Of a DNA stretch of 54,549 nt, positions 1 through 9,960 are shown in pieces. This stretch comes from a virus. Lineage: Duplodnaviria > Caudoviricetes. The stretch is taken from the IMG/VR virus record IMGVR_UViG_3300020193_000029, positions 1-54,549 of that record. One strand, written 5' to 3'. The notes beneath the pieces are model-generated. The model ran no database searches, was not told where the DNA came from, and saw only the letters and a list, made by a program, of their open reading frames with translations. Every line of letters begins with the position of its first letter. Position 1 is the first letter of the stretch. The translations under genes and the position numbers were made by a program.

Positions 1-2
1 CG

Positions 3-947
3 CTGGATGCCTCCGGCAACCTCGGCATCGGGGTCACGCCAGCAGCCGGTGTAAGATTTGATGTTCGTAACAATTCCACGACCACGCTTGCTGATATGCG
101 TAATGCTAACGCAAGTGGATACGGTATTTATATTGCCGCCGGTAGTTCATCGTCTCAATATGTTCAGCGATGGGCAGATTACAACAACAACTCTTTAGCA
201 ACGCTTGATGCGTCGGGGAATTTGGGGGTGGGGACGAGCAGTCCGGGGACTAGACTTCACATAGAAAATGCGGGTTTAGATTGTAGATTAAGGGTGATTA
301 GCGGCACGGCGCATGATGCGGCAATACAATTTGGCGACACATCTTCGTCAACACAAGGCGCAATTATTTATGATAACGCCGCAGACGCACTTCGGTTTCA
401 AGCCAACGGCTCCGAACGCGCACGCATCCCGGCGGCGGGTGGCTTCCAATGTGTTAACAGCATCTCCGTCGGCAACGCAACCCCAACAACCTCTGGCGCA
501 GGCATCACCTTCCCCGCCACGCAGTCGGCCAGCAGCAACGCGAATACGTTAGACGATTACGAGGAGGGGACGTTTACGCCGAATATTAATTCCGGCATCA
601 CCTCAGTAAACATAGTTACACAAAACGGAACCTATGTAAAAATCGGAAACCTAGTAACGTACAGCCTGCGACTAACATTAAATGCAGGAACCGCTGCGGC
701 AACGATTATAAAAATTGGGGGCCTTCCGTTTACCACCGCAAGCTCTCCTCGCGGAATGGTTGCATCCTTTGCGTATGCAACGTCCTCAATTATAAACTCA
801 ACGTCCACTAATCTTCCGACGTTGGAAAACCAAGCCGGTGGCAGTACGATAGCATTTTATAAGACGGACGGAAATCAATTTCTTGGTACTGACTTAAACA
901 ATGCTGCAGCATTTGATTTAGATATTGGCGGTCAATACTTCGTTTAA
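3..947 (+). CDS. Tail fibre protein, C-terminal part (open at the left edge; probably continues ORF 53703-54549)
   Basis: Frame is open from position 3. LDASGNLG(I/V)G repeats and GITFPATQSASSNANTLDDYEEGTFTP...YVKIGNLV are typical of phage tail-fibre C-termini. Confidence 0.8.
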   Translation: MDASGNLGIGVTPAAGVRFDVRNNSTTTLADMRNANASGYGIYIAAGSSSSQYVQRWADYNNNSLATLDASGNLGVGTSSPGTRLHIENAGLDCRLRVISGTAHDAAIQFGDTSSSTQGAIIYDNAADALRFQANGSERARIPAAGGFQCVNSISVGNATPTTSGAGITFPATQSASSNANTLDDYEEGTFTPNINSGITSVNIVTQNGTYVKIGNLVTYSLRLTLNAGTAAATIIKIGGLPFTTASSPRGMVASFAYATSSIINSTSTNLPTLENQAGGSTIAFYKTDGNQFLGTDLNNAAAFDLDIGGQYFV

Positions 948-1001
948 TTATCTGCATCAGACGGTGCAGACGGACAGTCCACAGCCATAAGGAGATAAAT
1001 C

Positions 1002-1241
1002 ATGGCAAATTTTGAAGAACGAGTTTTTATCAGCGAATTTAACGTGCAGCCCTCGGGCAGCATCGGCGTTCGCAAGACGACCGAAATCTTGAAGGATGGC
1101 GAGGTCATCTCGCAGACGTATTGGCGCTGTGTGCTGGCGGTGAACGATCCGCAGGCGCAGGAAGTCTTGGGCGCGGAGCCGTGGTATCTCGGCATCGCCA
1201 ACAACGCATGGGCCACGCTCCCGCCGCCGGTGGAGGCGTAA
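1002..1241 (+). CDS. Small tail-fibre-associated hypothetical protein
   Basis: AGGAGA RBS; directly follows the fibre gene; 79 aa. Confidence 0.7.
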   Translation: MANFEERVFISEFNVQPSGSIGVRKTTEILKDGEVISQTYWRCVLAVNDPQAQEVLGAEPWYLGIANNAWATLPPPVEA

Positions 1242-1402
1242 TGGAACCCGTCAAACTTGAAGTGACCTTGGAAGAAGCCGTCGCCATCGTGAACTTGATC
1301 GGGTCACTCCCGACGAGCCAAGGCGCGTGGCCGCTGTTTGAAAAACTGAAGGCACAGGTGCAGCCGCACCTTCCTAAATCTGAAGAGGTATCTAAACAAT
1401 GA
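1241..1402 (+). CDS. Small hypothetical protein (MEPVKLEVTLEE...)
   Basis: GGAGG RBS and TAATG coupling to the previous stop; start moved from 1121 to 1241. Confidence 0.65.
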   Translation: MEPVKLEVTLEEAVAIVNLIGSLPTSQGAWPLFEKLKAQVQPHLPKSEEVSKQ

Positions 1403-1719
1403 GTACTGTAATCACTTGGTCTGTCACCGCGATGGACTGCTACCCCGAAGCCGACGATCATCAAGACGTTGTGTTCAACGTGCATTGGACTTGCGCTGGC
1501 GTGGACGACACCTACACGGGCAGCGTCTATAGCACTTGCGGTGTTCCCGCTCCGAGCGGTTCGTTCACCCCGTATGCTGACCTCACGCAGGATCAAGTCC
1601 TTGGCTGGATTTGGGCGAACGGCGTGGACAAGCAAAGCGCAGAGGCAGCGGTTGAGCAGCAGATCGCCAATGCCAAGAACCCGCCTGTGGTCACGCCGCC
1701 GTTGCCGTGGGTTGCGTAG
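1399..1719 (+). CDS. Conserved phage protein, likely tail-fibre accessory or chaperone
   Basis: ATGA overlap; VVFNVHW...FTPYADLTQDQVLGWIW...PLPW pattern is common next to fibre genes. Confidence 0.7.
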   Translation: MSTVITWSVTAMDCYPEADDHQDVVFNVHWTCAGVDDTYTGSVYSTCGVPAPSGSFTPYADLTQDQVLGWIWANGVDKQSAEAAVEQQIANAKNPPVVTPPLPWVA

Positions 1720-1997
1720 TGACCGCCAACACCGTCTTCTTGCTGATCTTCGCAGTGCTTCAGGTGTTAGACATCTGGACGACGTTGACAGCACTCAAGA
1801 TGGGCCATCGGGAAATGAACCCGGTGCTGGCAAAAGCGTTTAACCACGCCGAGCCGCTGGTAGTCATGGTCGTCATCAAACTCGCCGGGGTCTTTGCCTT
1901 GTGGTGGGCAGAGATGTACTGGCTGACGGGCTTGATGTGTGCGATGTATTTGTGGGTGGTGAATAACAATTTGGATGTGATTCAGAGAAAGAAGTGA
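1719..1997 (+). CDS. Small membrane protein (DUF5658-like)
   Basis: LDIWTT...G.REMNP motif followed by hydrophobic helices; GTG start at 1719 overlaps the previous stop. Confidence 0.6.
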   Translation: MTANTVFLLIFAVLQVLDIWTTLTALKMGHREMNPVLAKAFNHAEPLVVMVVIKLAGVFALWWAEMYWLTGLMCAMYLWVVNNNLDVIQRKK

Positions 1998-2239
1998 TGG
2001 AAGTTCAAGTGTTATTCAACATCATCGTAGGCGTAGCGGGGTTGTTTGGGGGGTGGATACTCAACAACATCTCCCGCTCGATTGAGCGATTAGACGATAA
2101 TGTGCGTGAAATGCCAATGGTGTATGTGATGCAAGACTCTTATAGCCGTGACCAAACGCGTTATGCGCGGGACATTGATGAAATTAAAGATATGCTCGGC
2201 AAAATCTTTGACAAGTTGGATAGCAAGGCTGACAAATAA
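1994..2239 (+). CDS. Small membrane-anchored lysis-region protein
   Basis: N-terminal TM helix and coiled-coil C-terminus (IFDKLDSKADK); upstream of holin and lysin. Confidence 0.65.
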   Translation: MMEVQVLFNIIVGVAGLFGGWILNNISRSIERLDDNVREMPMVYVMQDSYSRDQTRYARDIDEIKDMLGKIFDKLDSKADK

Positions 2240-2289
2240 ACGACACAGCCGACATTGACCAAGAGCGACGATACGGTGAGGGCTAAAAA

Positions 2290-2775
2290 ATGATGACACT
2301 TATATCCACTTTTCTGTCGTTTCTGGCAGGGGGCTTGCCTAAGATCCTTTCGATTTTCCAAGATCGTCAGGACAAGAAGCACGAACTTGCGCTTGTCGCG
2401 GCACAAAAGGAACGTGAGTTAGCCCTTGCTGAACGCGGTTTCCTTGCTCAGGCCAAGGTGGAGGAGATCAAACTAGAGCAGATCCAGACCGAAACTGAGG
2501 GCGAGGAACGTCAAGCCCTCTACGCCCATGACGTTGAAATCGGCAAAGGCGCATCCCAGTGGATGATCAATCTCAGAGCCAGTGTGCGTCCGGTTGTCAC
2601 CTACATCTTTGTATTGGAACTGGTGGCGCTCAACATCGCTGGAGTCTGGTATGCGTACACCACCGGCATCCCCTTTGCGATAGCCATGGAAAACGTCTTC
2701 TCAGATGATGAGATGCTGATCCTGTCCTCAATCGTCGCTTTTTGGTTTGGAACACAGGCTTTTGGAAAGAAGTGA
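2290..2775 (+). CDS. Putative holin (3TM holin-like)
   Basis: DKKHELAL...LRASVRPVVTY...FWFG pattern, TM helices, adjacent to the lysozyme. Confidence 0.7.
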   Translation: MMTLISTFLSFLAGGLPKILSIFQDRQDKKHELALVAAQKERELALAERGFLAQAKVEEIKLEQIQTETEGEERQALYAHDVEIGKGASQWMINLRASVRPVVTYIFVLELVALNIAGVWYAYTTGIPFAIAMENVFSDDEMLILSSIVAFWFGTQAFGKK

Positions 2776-3260
2776 ACGTTAGCCTCGCAGCCATCCAAAT
2801 GATCAAGCACCACGAAGGGGTGAGGACTAAGCCTTACCGCTGTCCGGCGCTGCTTTGGACGGTGGGCGTGGGCCATGTCATCGACCCCTCTCACATCGCG
2901 GTGAAGCATGATGAGCGTAAAAACCTACCGATACCCGCAGGCTGGGATCGCGTCCTCACCATGGGAGAGGTGGACGATCTTCTGGCTAAAGACCTTATGC
3001 GCTTTGAGCGCGGTGTTCTTAGAAACTGCCCTAGTGCTGTTGGTCGTCAAGGAGTCTTCGATGCTCTCGTCTCTTTTTCGTTCAATGTCGGGCTAGGCAA
3101 CCTACAACGCTCTACGCTGCGAATGAAGACCAACCGTGGAGAGTTTGAACAAGCCGCAGACCAGTTTCTGAAGTGGACTAAAGCAGGCGGTCGAGTACTT
3201 CCCGGTCTGGTTAAACGCCGCAAAGATGAACGGGCGCTGTATCTGTCAGGAGTGACGTAA
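2772..3260 (+). CDS. Endolysin, GH24 phage lysozyme
   Basis: IKHHEG...PYRCPA..WTVGVGH, FDALVSFSFNVG.G and LPGLVKRR..E motifs; GTG start overlaps the holin stop. Confidence 0.92.
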   Translation: MNVSLAAIQMIKHHEGVRTKPYRCPALLWTVGVGHVIDPSHIAVKHDERKNLPIPAGWDRVLTMGEVDDLLAKDLMRFERGVLRNCPSAVGRQGVFDALVSFSFNVGLGNLQRSTLRMKTNRGEFEQAADQFLKWTKAGGRVLPGLVKRRKDERALYLSGVT

Positions 3261-3367
3261 TGTTTACAGTGATAACATTTATTAATTTAAAGAATGAACA
3301 CACGTTGTATTTATTTAGGACTGCCTAATCATAAGCAATTTTATAACACCAGTTTGACGGAGGATGG

Positions 3368-5197
3368 ATGGCGATAAGTAAGCCAAAATTTCAACCTGGT
3401 GTGAACAAAGAAGGCACCGAGTACACTGCTGATAGCGGGTGGTTTGATTCCGATAAAGTGCGTTTTCGGCAAGGTAGGCCAGAAAAGATCGGTGGCTGGC
3501 AGAAGTATCTATCTTCTAATTTTCTTGGAACATGTCGATCGATATTTGATTGGGCAACCAATGCATTTACTACTTACTTAAGTTTTGGCACAAACCTTAA
3601 GTTCTATGTCAACGAAGGAAATTCTATCTACGACATTACGCCTATTCGGAAGACTGTTAATCCGATGGCAAACAATCCGTTTACAAGTGGTTCTGCGGGA
3701 TCTGTAGAGGTAACCGTAACGGATACTGCCCACGGAGCAGTGGTCAACGACTTTGTAACCTTTAGCGGAGCCTCTGGTTTTGATGGCATACCAGCAGGCG
3801 ATCTCAATAAAGAACATCAGATTACTCAGATCATTAATGCCAACAGCTACAAGATTGTAGTAGCTACGCCGTGTACTGCGGGTGCGATCTCTGGTGGTGG
3901 CGCGGTAGTTATTGCGAATTACCAAATCAATGTAGGTTTGGATGTATATGTTCCAAGCACTGGGTGGGGAACTGGATCATGGGGTTCTGGCCCTTGGGGT
4001 TCTGCAACAGCGATTACATCCTCTAATCAGCTAAGGCTTTGGTCGCAAGATAACTATGGCAATGACCTGATCTTTAATGTTCGTGGTGGCGGAGTTTATT
4101 TCTGGGATCAAAGTTCTGGAACTTCTACAAGGGGTGTGGAATTGACAACGGTGAGCGGTGCTTCTGATGCGCCAGTGATTGCCACACAGATCATGGTAAG
4201 CGAAAACTCCGCACAAGTATTGGCCTTCGGCTGTAATGCAATAGGCTCATCGACAATTGATCCCCTGCTCGTTAGATGGTCTAAATCAGATAGCGCAGTA
4301 GACTGGACACCGACATCCACTAACGATGCAGGCGGTCAGATTCTAGGCTCTGGATCGTTCATCGTTACTGCCCAAAAGACCAAGCAGGAAGTGCTGATCT
4401 TTACCGATGCCGGCGTTTACAGCATGAGGTACGTAGGGTCTCCTTTTGTTTATTCATTTACCTTGGTTTCTGATTACCATGGCTGTATTTCCCCGAACTG
4501 CGTAGCTGATGCCAATGGACTTGTTTTCTTCATGGACGAAGGGAACTTCTATGTCTACAACGGCGCAGTTCAGACGCTAGATTGCACAGTCCTAAACTAT
4601 GTATTTTCAGACATTAACTTAGGGCAGGCATACAAAATCTTTGCCGCGACAAACTCAAAGTTCTCTGAGGTGACCTGGTATTACCCATCGCAGAACTCCC
4701 AAGAGATCGACCGATATGTATCCTACAACTACAAGGAAAACATCTGGTACATCGGCACGTTAGATCGAACGGCTTACTATGATTCAGCACTAAAGAACTT
4801 CCCAATTGCTGCTGGCGAAAGCAACGGATCTAACTACTTGTATCAACATGAAGTTGGATACGATGCTGATGGAAGTGCGTTATCTGCTTATATTGAATCA
4901 GGCAGTCTTGAGCTTGATCCTGGACAGAAGTTTATGTTCATGTCTAGGGTCATTCCTGACTTCAAGTTCCAAGGCACAACAAGCTCTAATATGATTAGCC
5001 TAGTTATTAAGGGCAAGGATTACCCGTTGCAAACCTTAAACGTGAAGTCAACCTCTACGGTAGGATCTTCCACAGACCAGGTGTTTGTTCGAAACCGGAT
5101 GCGTCAGGCAGCAGTGCGAGTCGAAAGTTCTGGTCTTGGATATGGATGGAGACTGGGTGATCTTCGCTTTGATCTTCGAACGGATGGGCAACGCTAA
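3368..5197 (+). CDS. Tail tubular / DNA-stabilisation protein (P22 gp10-like)
   Basis: 609 aa, beta-rich; PGVNKEGT...W.DSDKVRF.QG.PEKIGGW start and WRLG..R.D...DG.R end; GGAGG RBS. Confidence 0.7.
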   Translation: MAISKPKFQPGVNKEGTEYTADSGWFDSDKVRFRQGRPEKIGGWQKYLSSNFLGTCRSIFDWATNAFTTYLSFGTNLKFYVNEGNSIYDITPIRKTVNPMANNPFTSGSAGSVEVTVTDTAHGAVVNDFVTFSGASGFDGIPAGDLNKEHQITQIINANSYKIVVATPCTAGAISGGGAVVIANYQINVGLDVYVPSTGWGTGSWGSGPWGSATAITSSNQLRLWSQDNYGNDLIFNVRGGGVYFWDQSSGTSTRGVELTTVSGASDAPVIATQIMVSENSAQVLAFGCNAIGSSTIDPLLVRWSKSDSAVDWTPTSTNDAGGQILGSGSFIVTAQKTKQEVLIFTDAGVYSMRYVGSPFVYSFTLVSDYHGCISPNCVADANGLVFFMDEGNFYVYNGAVQTLDCTVLNYVFSDINLGQAYKIFAATNSKFSEVTWYYPSQNSQEIDRYVSYNYKENIWYIGTLDRTAYYDSALKNFPIAAGESNGSNYLYQHEVGYDADGSALSAYIESGSLELDPGQKFMFMSRVIPDFKFQGTTSSNMISLVIKGKDYPLQTLNVKSTSTVGSSTDQVFVRNRMRQAAVRVESSGLGYGWRLGDLRFDLRTDGQR

Positions 5198-5400
5198 TGG
5201 CTGGAAGAATCCCTCTTACGCTGCCTGTTGCGGGTACGGAATATGATCGCTTCAATGAAGCGCTGACCCGTAGAACGCTAGAGCTTGAAATACAAGAATT
5301 GCGATCTGAAGTTCTTCGGGCAAAAACTCAGGCTGATAATATTGGCAGTCTTGCCATGAGACGCTTTCAGTTCCTTCTGATGGGAGCTAAAAATGTCTGA
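5197..5400 (+). CDS. Hypothetical virion-region protein
   Basis: Translationally coupled (TAATG); 67 aa. Confidence 0.65.
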   Translation: MAGRIPLTLPVAGTEYDRFNEALTRRTLELEIQELRSEVLRAKTQADNIGSLAMRRFQFLLMGAKNV

Positions 5401-5728
5401 CTCATTAAGGGTTCTTGGGCAGTTAAACCCTGCAGCCTCTACCTTGCTTGAACTATATGTAGTGCCAGATTTAACTCAGACCACTACCAGTAGTTTAATT
5501 ATATGTAATCGCCATTCTGGTAATGCAACCGCTAGAGTAAGTGTTGCGGTAAATGGCGCTGCTGATGATTTTAAACAATACATTTATTACGACCATCCAG
5601 TCGACGCTAAAGAATCTCATGTTGCCGTACTAGGGCTGACCCTAAATGAAGGAGATGTAGTTAGAGTATATGCCAGCTCTGAGTATTTAACATTTAGCTT
5701 ATTCGGCGTGGAAACTTTAAGAGAATAA
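5393..5728 (+). CDS. Putative virion structural protein
   Basis: Beta-rich 111 aa in the tail operon; overlaps the previous stop. Confidence 0.7.
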   Translation: MSDSLRVLGQLNPAASTLLELYVVPDLTQTTTSSLIICNRHSGNATARVSVAVNGAADDFKQYIYYDHPVDAKESHVAVLGLTLNEGDVVRVYASSEYLTFSLFGVETLRE

Positions 5729-5731
5729 TCA

Positions 5732-8700
5732 ATGCCAAATCAGACGATGCAAGGACTTGCCGGATTATTAGCTGAGCAGGGTCGCTATGGCGACACCATG
5801 CTGATGCATGTCTCGCCTGAAGAGGTTCAGTACTTAGATAATATTGGTGGAATCTCTAGAAACCCCATTACAGAATTACCAGAAGCTTTTAAGCTGAAAA
5901 ACTTGCTGCCGTTTGTGGGCAGTGCAGTATTAGGTCCCGCCTTCAAGTCCGTTGGATTTTCTCCAGGGGTTTCTAACTTCTTGGCTTCTACTGCCGCAAC
6001 TATGTTGGGCGGCGGAAGCCTCGAAAAGGGAATCATGTCTGGCTTGGTATCCTCTTCAATTGGTAGATTGGGTCAGAACCTTTCTGAAACCGCACCCGGG
6101 GCGAAAGTTGCACCGGCTGATACGGGGTATAAGTTCGGCATATTCAAGAAACCAGAAACCGGAACATTCGGCTCAAGGTATGCGGAGGCTTTTAGCTCAC
6201 CGCAGTTCAACCCTGTTGAACAAGTTAGACTTGCAACTGAAGGCGGCTTAGAGAATTTTCTAGAGCAGATCCAAAAGCCTAGTGTAATGATCCCGTTTAC
6301 TATAGGAGCGGGTGAACTAGGTCGTTTAAGCGCCGAAGAGCAGTACGCTAAAGACTTTGCTAACTTCCAAGAATCTCAGAAGCGACGCAGGGCTGAACTT
6401 CAGCGCAAGTACCCGCAAGTCCTCCCTGGGCCTAGGCAGTTCTTGCCGCCCCCTCCAACGGGTTTTACGGAAGGCGGAGCTATTCAGAGAAAGTTTGATG
6501 GCGGTGAGTTTAACTTTGGCGATTTTGCCAACCCAAGTGATTTTCAGTTCTATTACGAGCCTAACTTTATAGATCAATTTTTGCCTGCGAATGATGGCAG
6601 GGAAATGATCATGCCTGTTGATTCGGCTCCTGTGTTTGAGGCTGAAGCAGTTGACACTATTCAGCCTACCCCAGATCAAGAAATCATTAGGATTGAACAA
6701 GAACGTCTTGCTGAAATAGAAAGACAAGCTTTGCTGCAAAGGCAGTATGAAGAAGCTAGAGCTAGAGAGGCTCAGGCAGCTTATGAGCGAGAGCAGGCAA
6801 GAGTTGAAGGAGAGAGGCGCGCGGTAGCAGAGGCTGCTGAGCGTCAGAGAATTGCTCAAGAAGATCAGATCAGGATTGCTAGGGAATATGAATTAGCCCG
6901 TCAAGAGGCTTCAAGGCAAGAAGTAATCCGTCAGGCGGAAGTTCAGCGCGTTTCCCAGATTGAGGCTGAACGGCAAGCAGAGGCAGCGAGACAGGCAGAG
7001 GCTGTTCGACAAGAGGCTGCGCGTCGGGCTGCGGAAGAGGTGTCACTTGTTCCGCGTAGTGAGACTGTTGCCATTACGCCAGAGCCTCCGGCTGCTCCGG
7101 GTCCGGTTCAAGAATTTGTTGGCACGCCTTTCATGCCGAGCCTTCCGATAACTCCGGTCGCACCGCCTGTCGAAGCGCCTGTATTTGTGCCGCGTGAAGA
7201 GACTGTACCAATAGCGCCGGTTCAATCACCTGCCCCTAGTTATCGCGGTGACAACGTACCTATTAGCCCACTGGCCGCTGTGCAAGAAGCCGATTTTGTT
7301 CCGCGGGGCGGCGACAACGTACCGATTAGCCCGCTTCTAAGCCTTGCCTCTAGCGGCGAAGGTCTTATTGGTGGTGCAGAGCCGCCTGTATTTACGCCTC
7401 GCGGGGAAAGTGTTCCGGTTGCTCCGTTGGCTGCGGCTACATCAGGTTCGCGTGTTGTACCGCCTGAAGGTTATCCGACCGGAACCGTAGGAAGCCTGTA
7501 TGTACCGGGGGCGACGTTGCCTGAGGGCGTTGATCCGTTGGCTCCGATGGAATTGACTCCGGAACAAGTTAACAGCATTTCAAAAGCCATGGCCATGGCT
7601 GGACTGGTTGACCCGAATGCGTTTGGCAACATGTATGTGGGCGATGCTGCCTTTGGCGGCGGTCCTCCGCTTGATGTGGGTCGCTATCAAAGAAACGTCG
7701 CTGAAGGCGCTGTTGGCGGACAAGGTTCGTTGTATGAAGAAGGCGCATTAGAAGCGGCAAAGAAAGCGGCTAAAGATCCGTACTCAGGAATATTTGGTTC
7801 CGCCCTTAAGGAAGCCGTTGCCGAAGATCCGTCTCTTCAGGGCATGGTCGATGCCAAGGTTGCTCGTGACTTGGATCGGCTTTCTAAGGTTGAGAAAGAC
7901 TACGACGTAATGAAACCGCTGAGCGACTTGCTCAAAGCGAACAAGTTTCAAGAAGCGTTTGCGTATGCCAAAGAACAGGATTCAAAACCCGGATCTGAAA
8001 CTCAATTAACAGATCGCTTGCTCAAGGCCGATTGGTTGTCGCAGTTGCGTCAGCCGTTTACGCCGGAAGAGATGCAGCAGTTCTACAACGCTATCCCGCC
8101 AGATTACGCAGGCGGTAGCTTTAAGTTTGACCCGCAGGGTGCTGCTAAGCGTGCCATTACAAGCATAGGCGCTACGCCACAGTGGGCTGGATATCCTGAC
8201 CCGCAGGCTGTGTTTGTTCGCAAGGACGACAAGACTGTTGAGAACCTTACCAAGGCGGCTGTGGCTGCGATGCTTACGGCGGGTCTTGCGCCGGGGCTTC
8301 TTGGCGGAGCCGGTGGTACAGGCGGGGCTGCGGGAGCAGGCGGAGCTGCCGGAGCAGGCGGAGCCTCAGCCGGAGTGGGAGGAGGCTTTGTTGCCGCCCC
8401 CACTATTGGCGGTATCCAAACGATTGTTGTTCCAGCCGTCACGAGCAGCACTGGCGCACTAGTTGGCGCAGGCACTGGAATCTTGGCAGGCACTCAAGTT
8501 GTTGGCGGTGGGTCGACGGGAGCTGGAACAACTTCTGGCACTACCAGTGGAACGCCGGGAACGGGAACGACTACGTTGCCGCCTGACATTCCAACAATTA
8601 CTGTTACCGGAACAGCACCTGTTACAGGTTCACTTACGGTTCCTGCAGTGGTCGCAGGGGGTGCAGCAGGGGCAACGACAACGGGCGGTACGACCGGCGC

Positions 8701-9946
8701 GACAACGACTCCGGTTGAACCGCCGCCGCCAGAACCTACACCGCCAGAACCTACACCGCCAGAACCTACACCGCCAGAGCCTCTGCCCCCAGATCTTCCG
8801 ACAGTTACCGTTACCGGGACTGCTCCAGTTACAGGTTCGCTTACGGTTCCTGCGGTTGTTGCAGGAGGAGCTGCCGCATCAACAACGGCAGGCGGTGCGG
8901 CTGGCGCAACAACGCCAGTTGAACCGCCCATCGAGGAGTTCACGATCTCTACAGGCAATCCAGATTTACCCTACATCACGATCCCTGCAGGCAGTGTGGC
9001 AGAGAAAATCTTGAATCAAACGCAGACTGGCGACACGGGACGCACGGACAGTTTGGCTGATAAAGCTAAAGGAATCCTGACTGACTACGCTCAGTCTCAA
9101 GCGATTAGCGCGGCATTAGCGGCTCTTGCTGGAGGGGCTGCAGGAGCCGGTAGAGTGGGTGGCGCAGGCAAGCCTGGCTACCAAGGCACAGGCGGCTTGG
9201 GTTATCTCCCTGAAGGGCAGGAGCGACGCTACATTGCTGCGCCAGAGGATTACATGCATGGCTTTATGCCAGAGTTCTCTTTCTTCGAGAACCTTAATCC
9301 TCCTGCATTGATTGATACCGGAACTCCAGGTCCAACGCAGCCCGACGAAAGAGACCTTGATGATCGGCGCATCCTACCTGGACCATCGGTAGAAAGAGCA
9401 ACTGGCGGTATCTTGCCTCGTCGCAAGGTGTACTCAGAGCGTGGTTATCTTGATCTGATCCAAGGCTACCAAGAAGGCGGCGAAGTTGAAAAGGAAGAGT
9501 CCTATGAAGAGTTGCCGGGTCCGGTTACCGATGGCAACAAGCGCCTTGTTGAATTAACCAAGAAGGTTATCTTGGGTCAAGTCGTTGATCGGGCCGATGA
9601 GATCATCCAGAAGTTCATCGATATGTTTGGACTCGATGCCTTCCAAGACATGCGCGAGGATTTGCTCGAGGAAGCCATGCCTAACTCAACCAAGGAAGGC
9701 ATGATCCCAGGACACACTGGCGGCATGGATGACATGGTAGACGGGGTTATTGGTAACCAAGAGCGTGTCGCGGTATCCCCGGGTGAGTACATCATCCCTG
9801 CCGATGTTGTTTCGGCACTGGGTGATGGCAACTCCAAGAAGGGTGAAAAGGAACTTGATTCCTTCTTGGATCGAGTTCGCAAGTTTAAATACGGATCAAC
9901 TAAACAACCTCCGCCGATTAGTATCGGTAAGGTTATGCCTGTTTGA
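5732..9946 (+). CDS. Large putative internal virion / ejection protein with low-complexity repeats
   Basis: 1404 aa; GRYGDTMLMHV...NP.T.LPEAF start, coiled coil, Pro/Gly/Thr repeats, C-terminal G.DD.V...VSPGEYIIPADVVS.LGDG motif. Confidence 0.7.
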   Translation: MPNQTMQGLAGLLAEQGRYGDTMLMHVSPEEVQYLDNIGGISRNPITELPEAFKLKNLLPFVGSAVLGPAFKSVGFSPGVSNFLASTAATMLGGGSLEKGIMSGLVSSSIGRLGQNLSETAPGAKVAPADTGYKFGIFKKPETGTFGSRYAEAFSSPQFNPVEQVRLATEGGLENFLEQIQKPSVMIPFTIGAGELGRLSAEEQYAKDFANFQESQKRRRAELQRKYPQVLPGPRQFLPPPPTGFTEGGAIQRKFDGGEFNFGDFANPSDFQFYYEPNFIDQFLPANDGREMIMPVDSAPVFEAEAVDTIQPTPDQEIIRIEQERLAEIERQALLQRQYEEARAREAQAAYEREQARVEGERRAVAEAAERQRIAQEDQIRIAREYELARQEASRQEVIRQAEVQRVSQIEAERQAEAARQAEAVRQEAARRAAEEVSLVPRSETVAITPEPPAAPGPVQEFVGTPFMPSLPITPVAPPVEAPVFVPREETVPIAPVQSPAPSYRGDNVPISPLAAVQEADFVPRGGDNVPISPLLSLASSGEGLIGGAEPPVFTPRGESVPVAPLAAATSGSRVVPPEGYPTGTVGSLYVPGATLPEGVDPLAPMELTPEQVNSISKAMAMAGLVDPNAFGNMYVGDAAFGGGPPLDVGRYQRNVAEGAVGGQGSLYEEGALEAAKKAAKDPYSGIFGSALKEAVAEDPSLQGMVDAKVARDLDRLSKVEKDYDVMKPLSDLLKANKFQEAFAYAKEQDSKPGSETQLTDRLLKADWLSQLRQPFTPEEMQQFYNAIPPDYAGGSFKFDPQGAAKRAITSIGATPQWAGYPDPQAVFVRKDDKTVENLTKAAVAAMLTAGLAPGLLGGAGGTGGAAGAGGAAGAGGASAGVGGGFVAAPTIGGIQTIVVPAVTSSTGALVGAGTGILAGTQVVGGGSTGAGTTSGTTSGTPGTGTTTLPPDIPTITVTGTAPVTGSLTVPAVVAGGAAGATTTGGTTGATTTPVEPPPPEPTPPEPTPPEPTPPEPLPPDLPTVTVTGTAPVTGSLTVPAVVAGGAAASTTAGGAAGATTPVEPPIEEFTISTGNPDLPYITIPAGSVAEKILNQTQTGDTGRTDSLADKAKGILTDYAQSQAISAALAALAGGAAGAGRVGGAGKPGYQGTGGLGYLPEGQERRYIAAPEDYMHGFMPEFSFFENLNPPALIDTGTPGPTQPDERDLDDRRILPGPSVERATGGILPRRKVYSERGYLDLIQGYQEGGEVEKEESYEELPGPVTDGNKRLVELTKKVILGQVVDRADEIIQKFIDMFGLDAFQDMREDLLEEAMPNSTKEGMIPGHTGGMDDMVDGVIGNQERVAVSPGEYIIPADVVSALGDGNSKKGEKELDSFLDRVRKFKYGSTKQPPPISIGKVMPV
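8726..8778 (+). repeat. 15-bp tandem repeat CCGCCAGAACCTACA x3.5 (encodes PPEPT)
   Basis: Read directly; lies between two ~45-codon duplicated blocks (PDxPTxTVTGTAPVTGSLTVPAVVAGGAA). Confidence 0.95.
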
Positions 9947-9960
9947 TAGAGGACAGATAA

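Noticed and set aside
3-947. Diversity-generating retroelement target in the fibre tip
   Set aside because: No reverse transcriptase gene and no second near-identical template copy seen.
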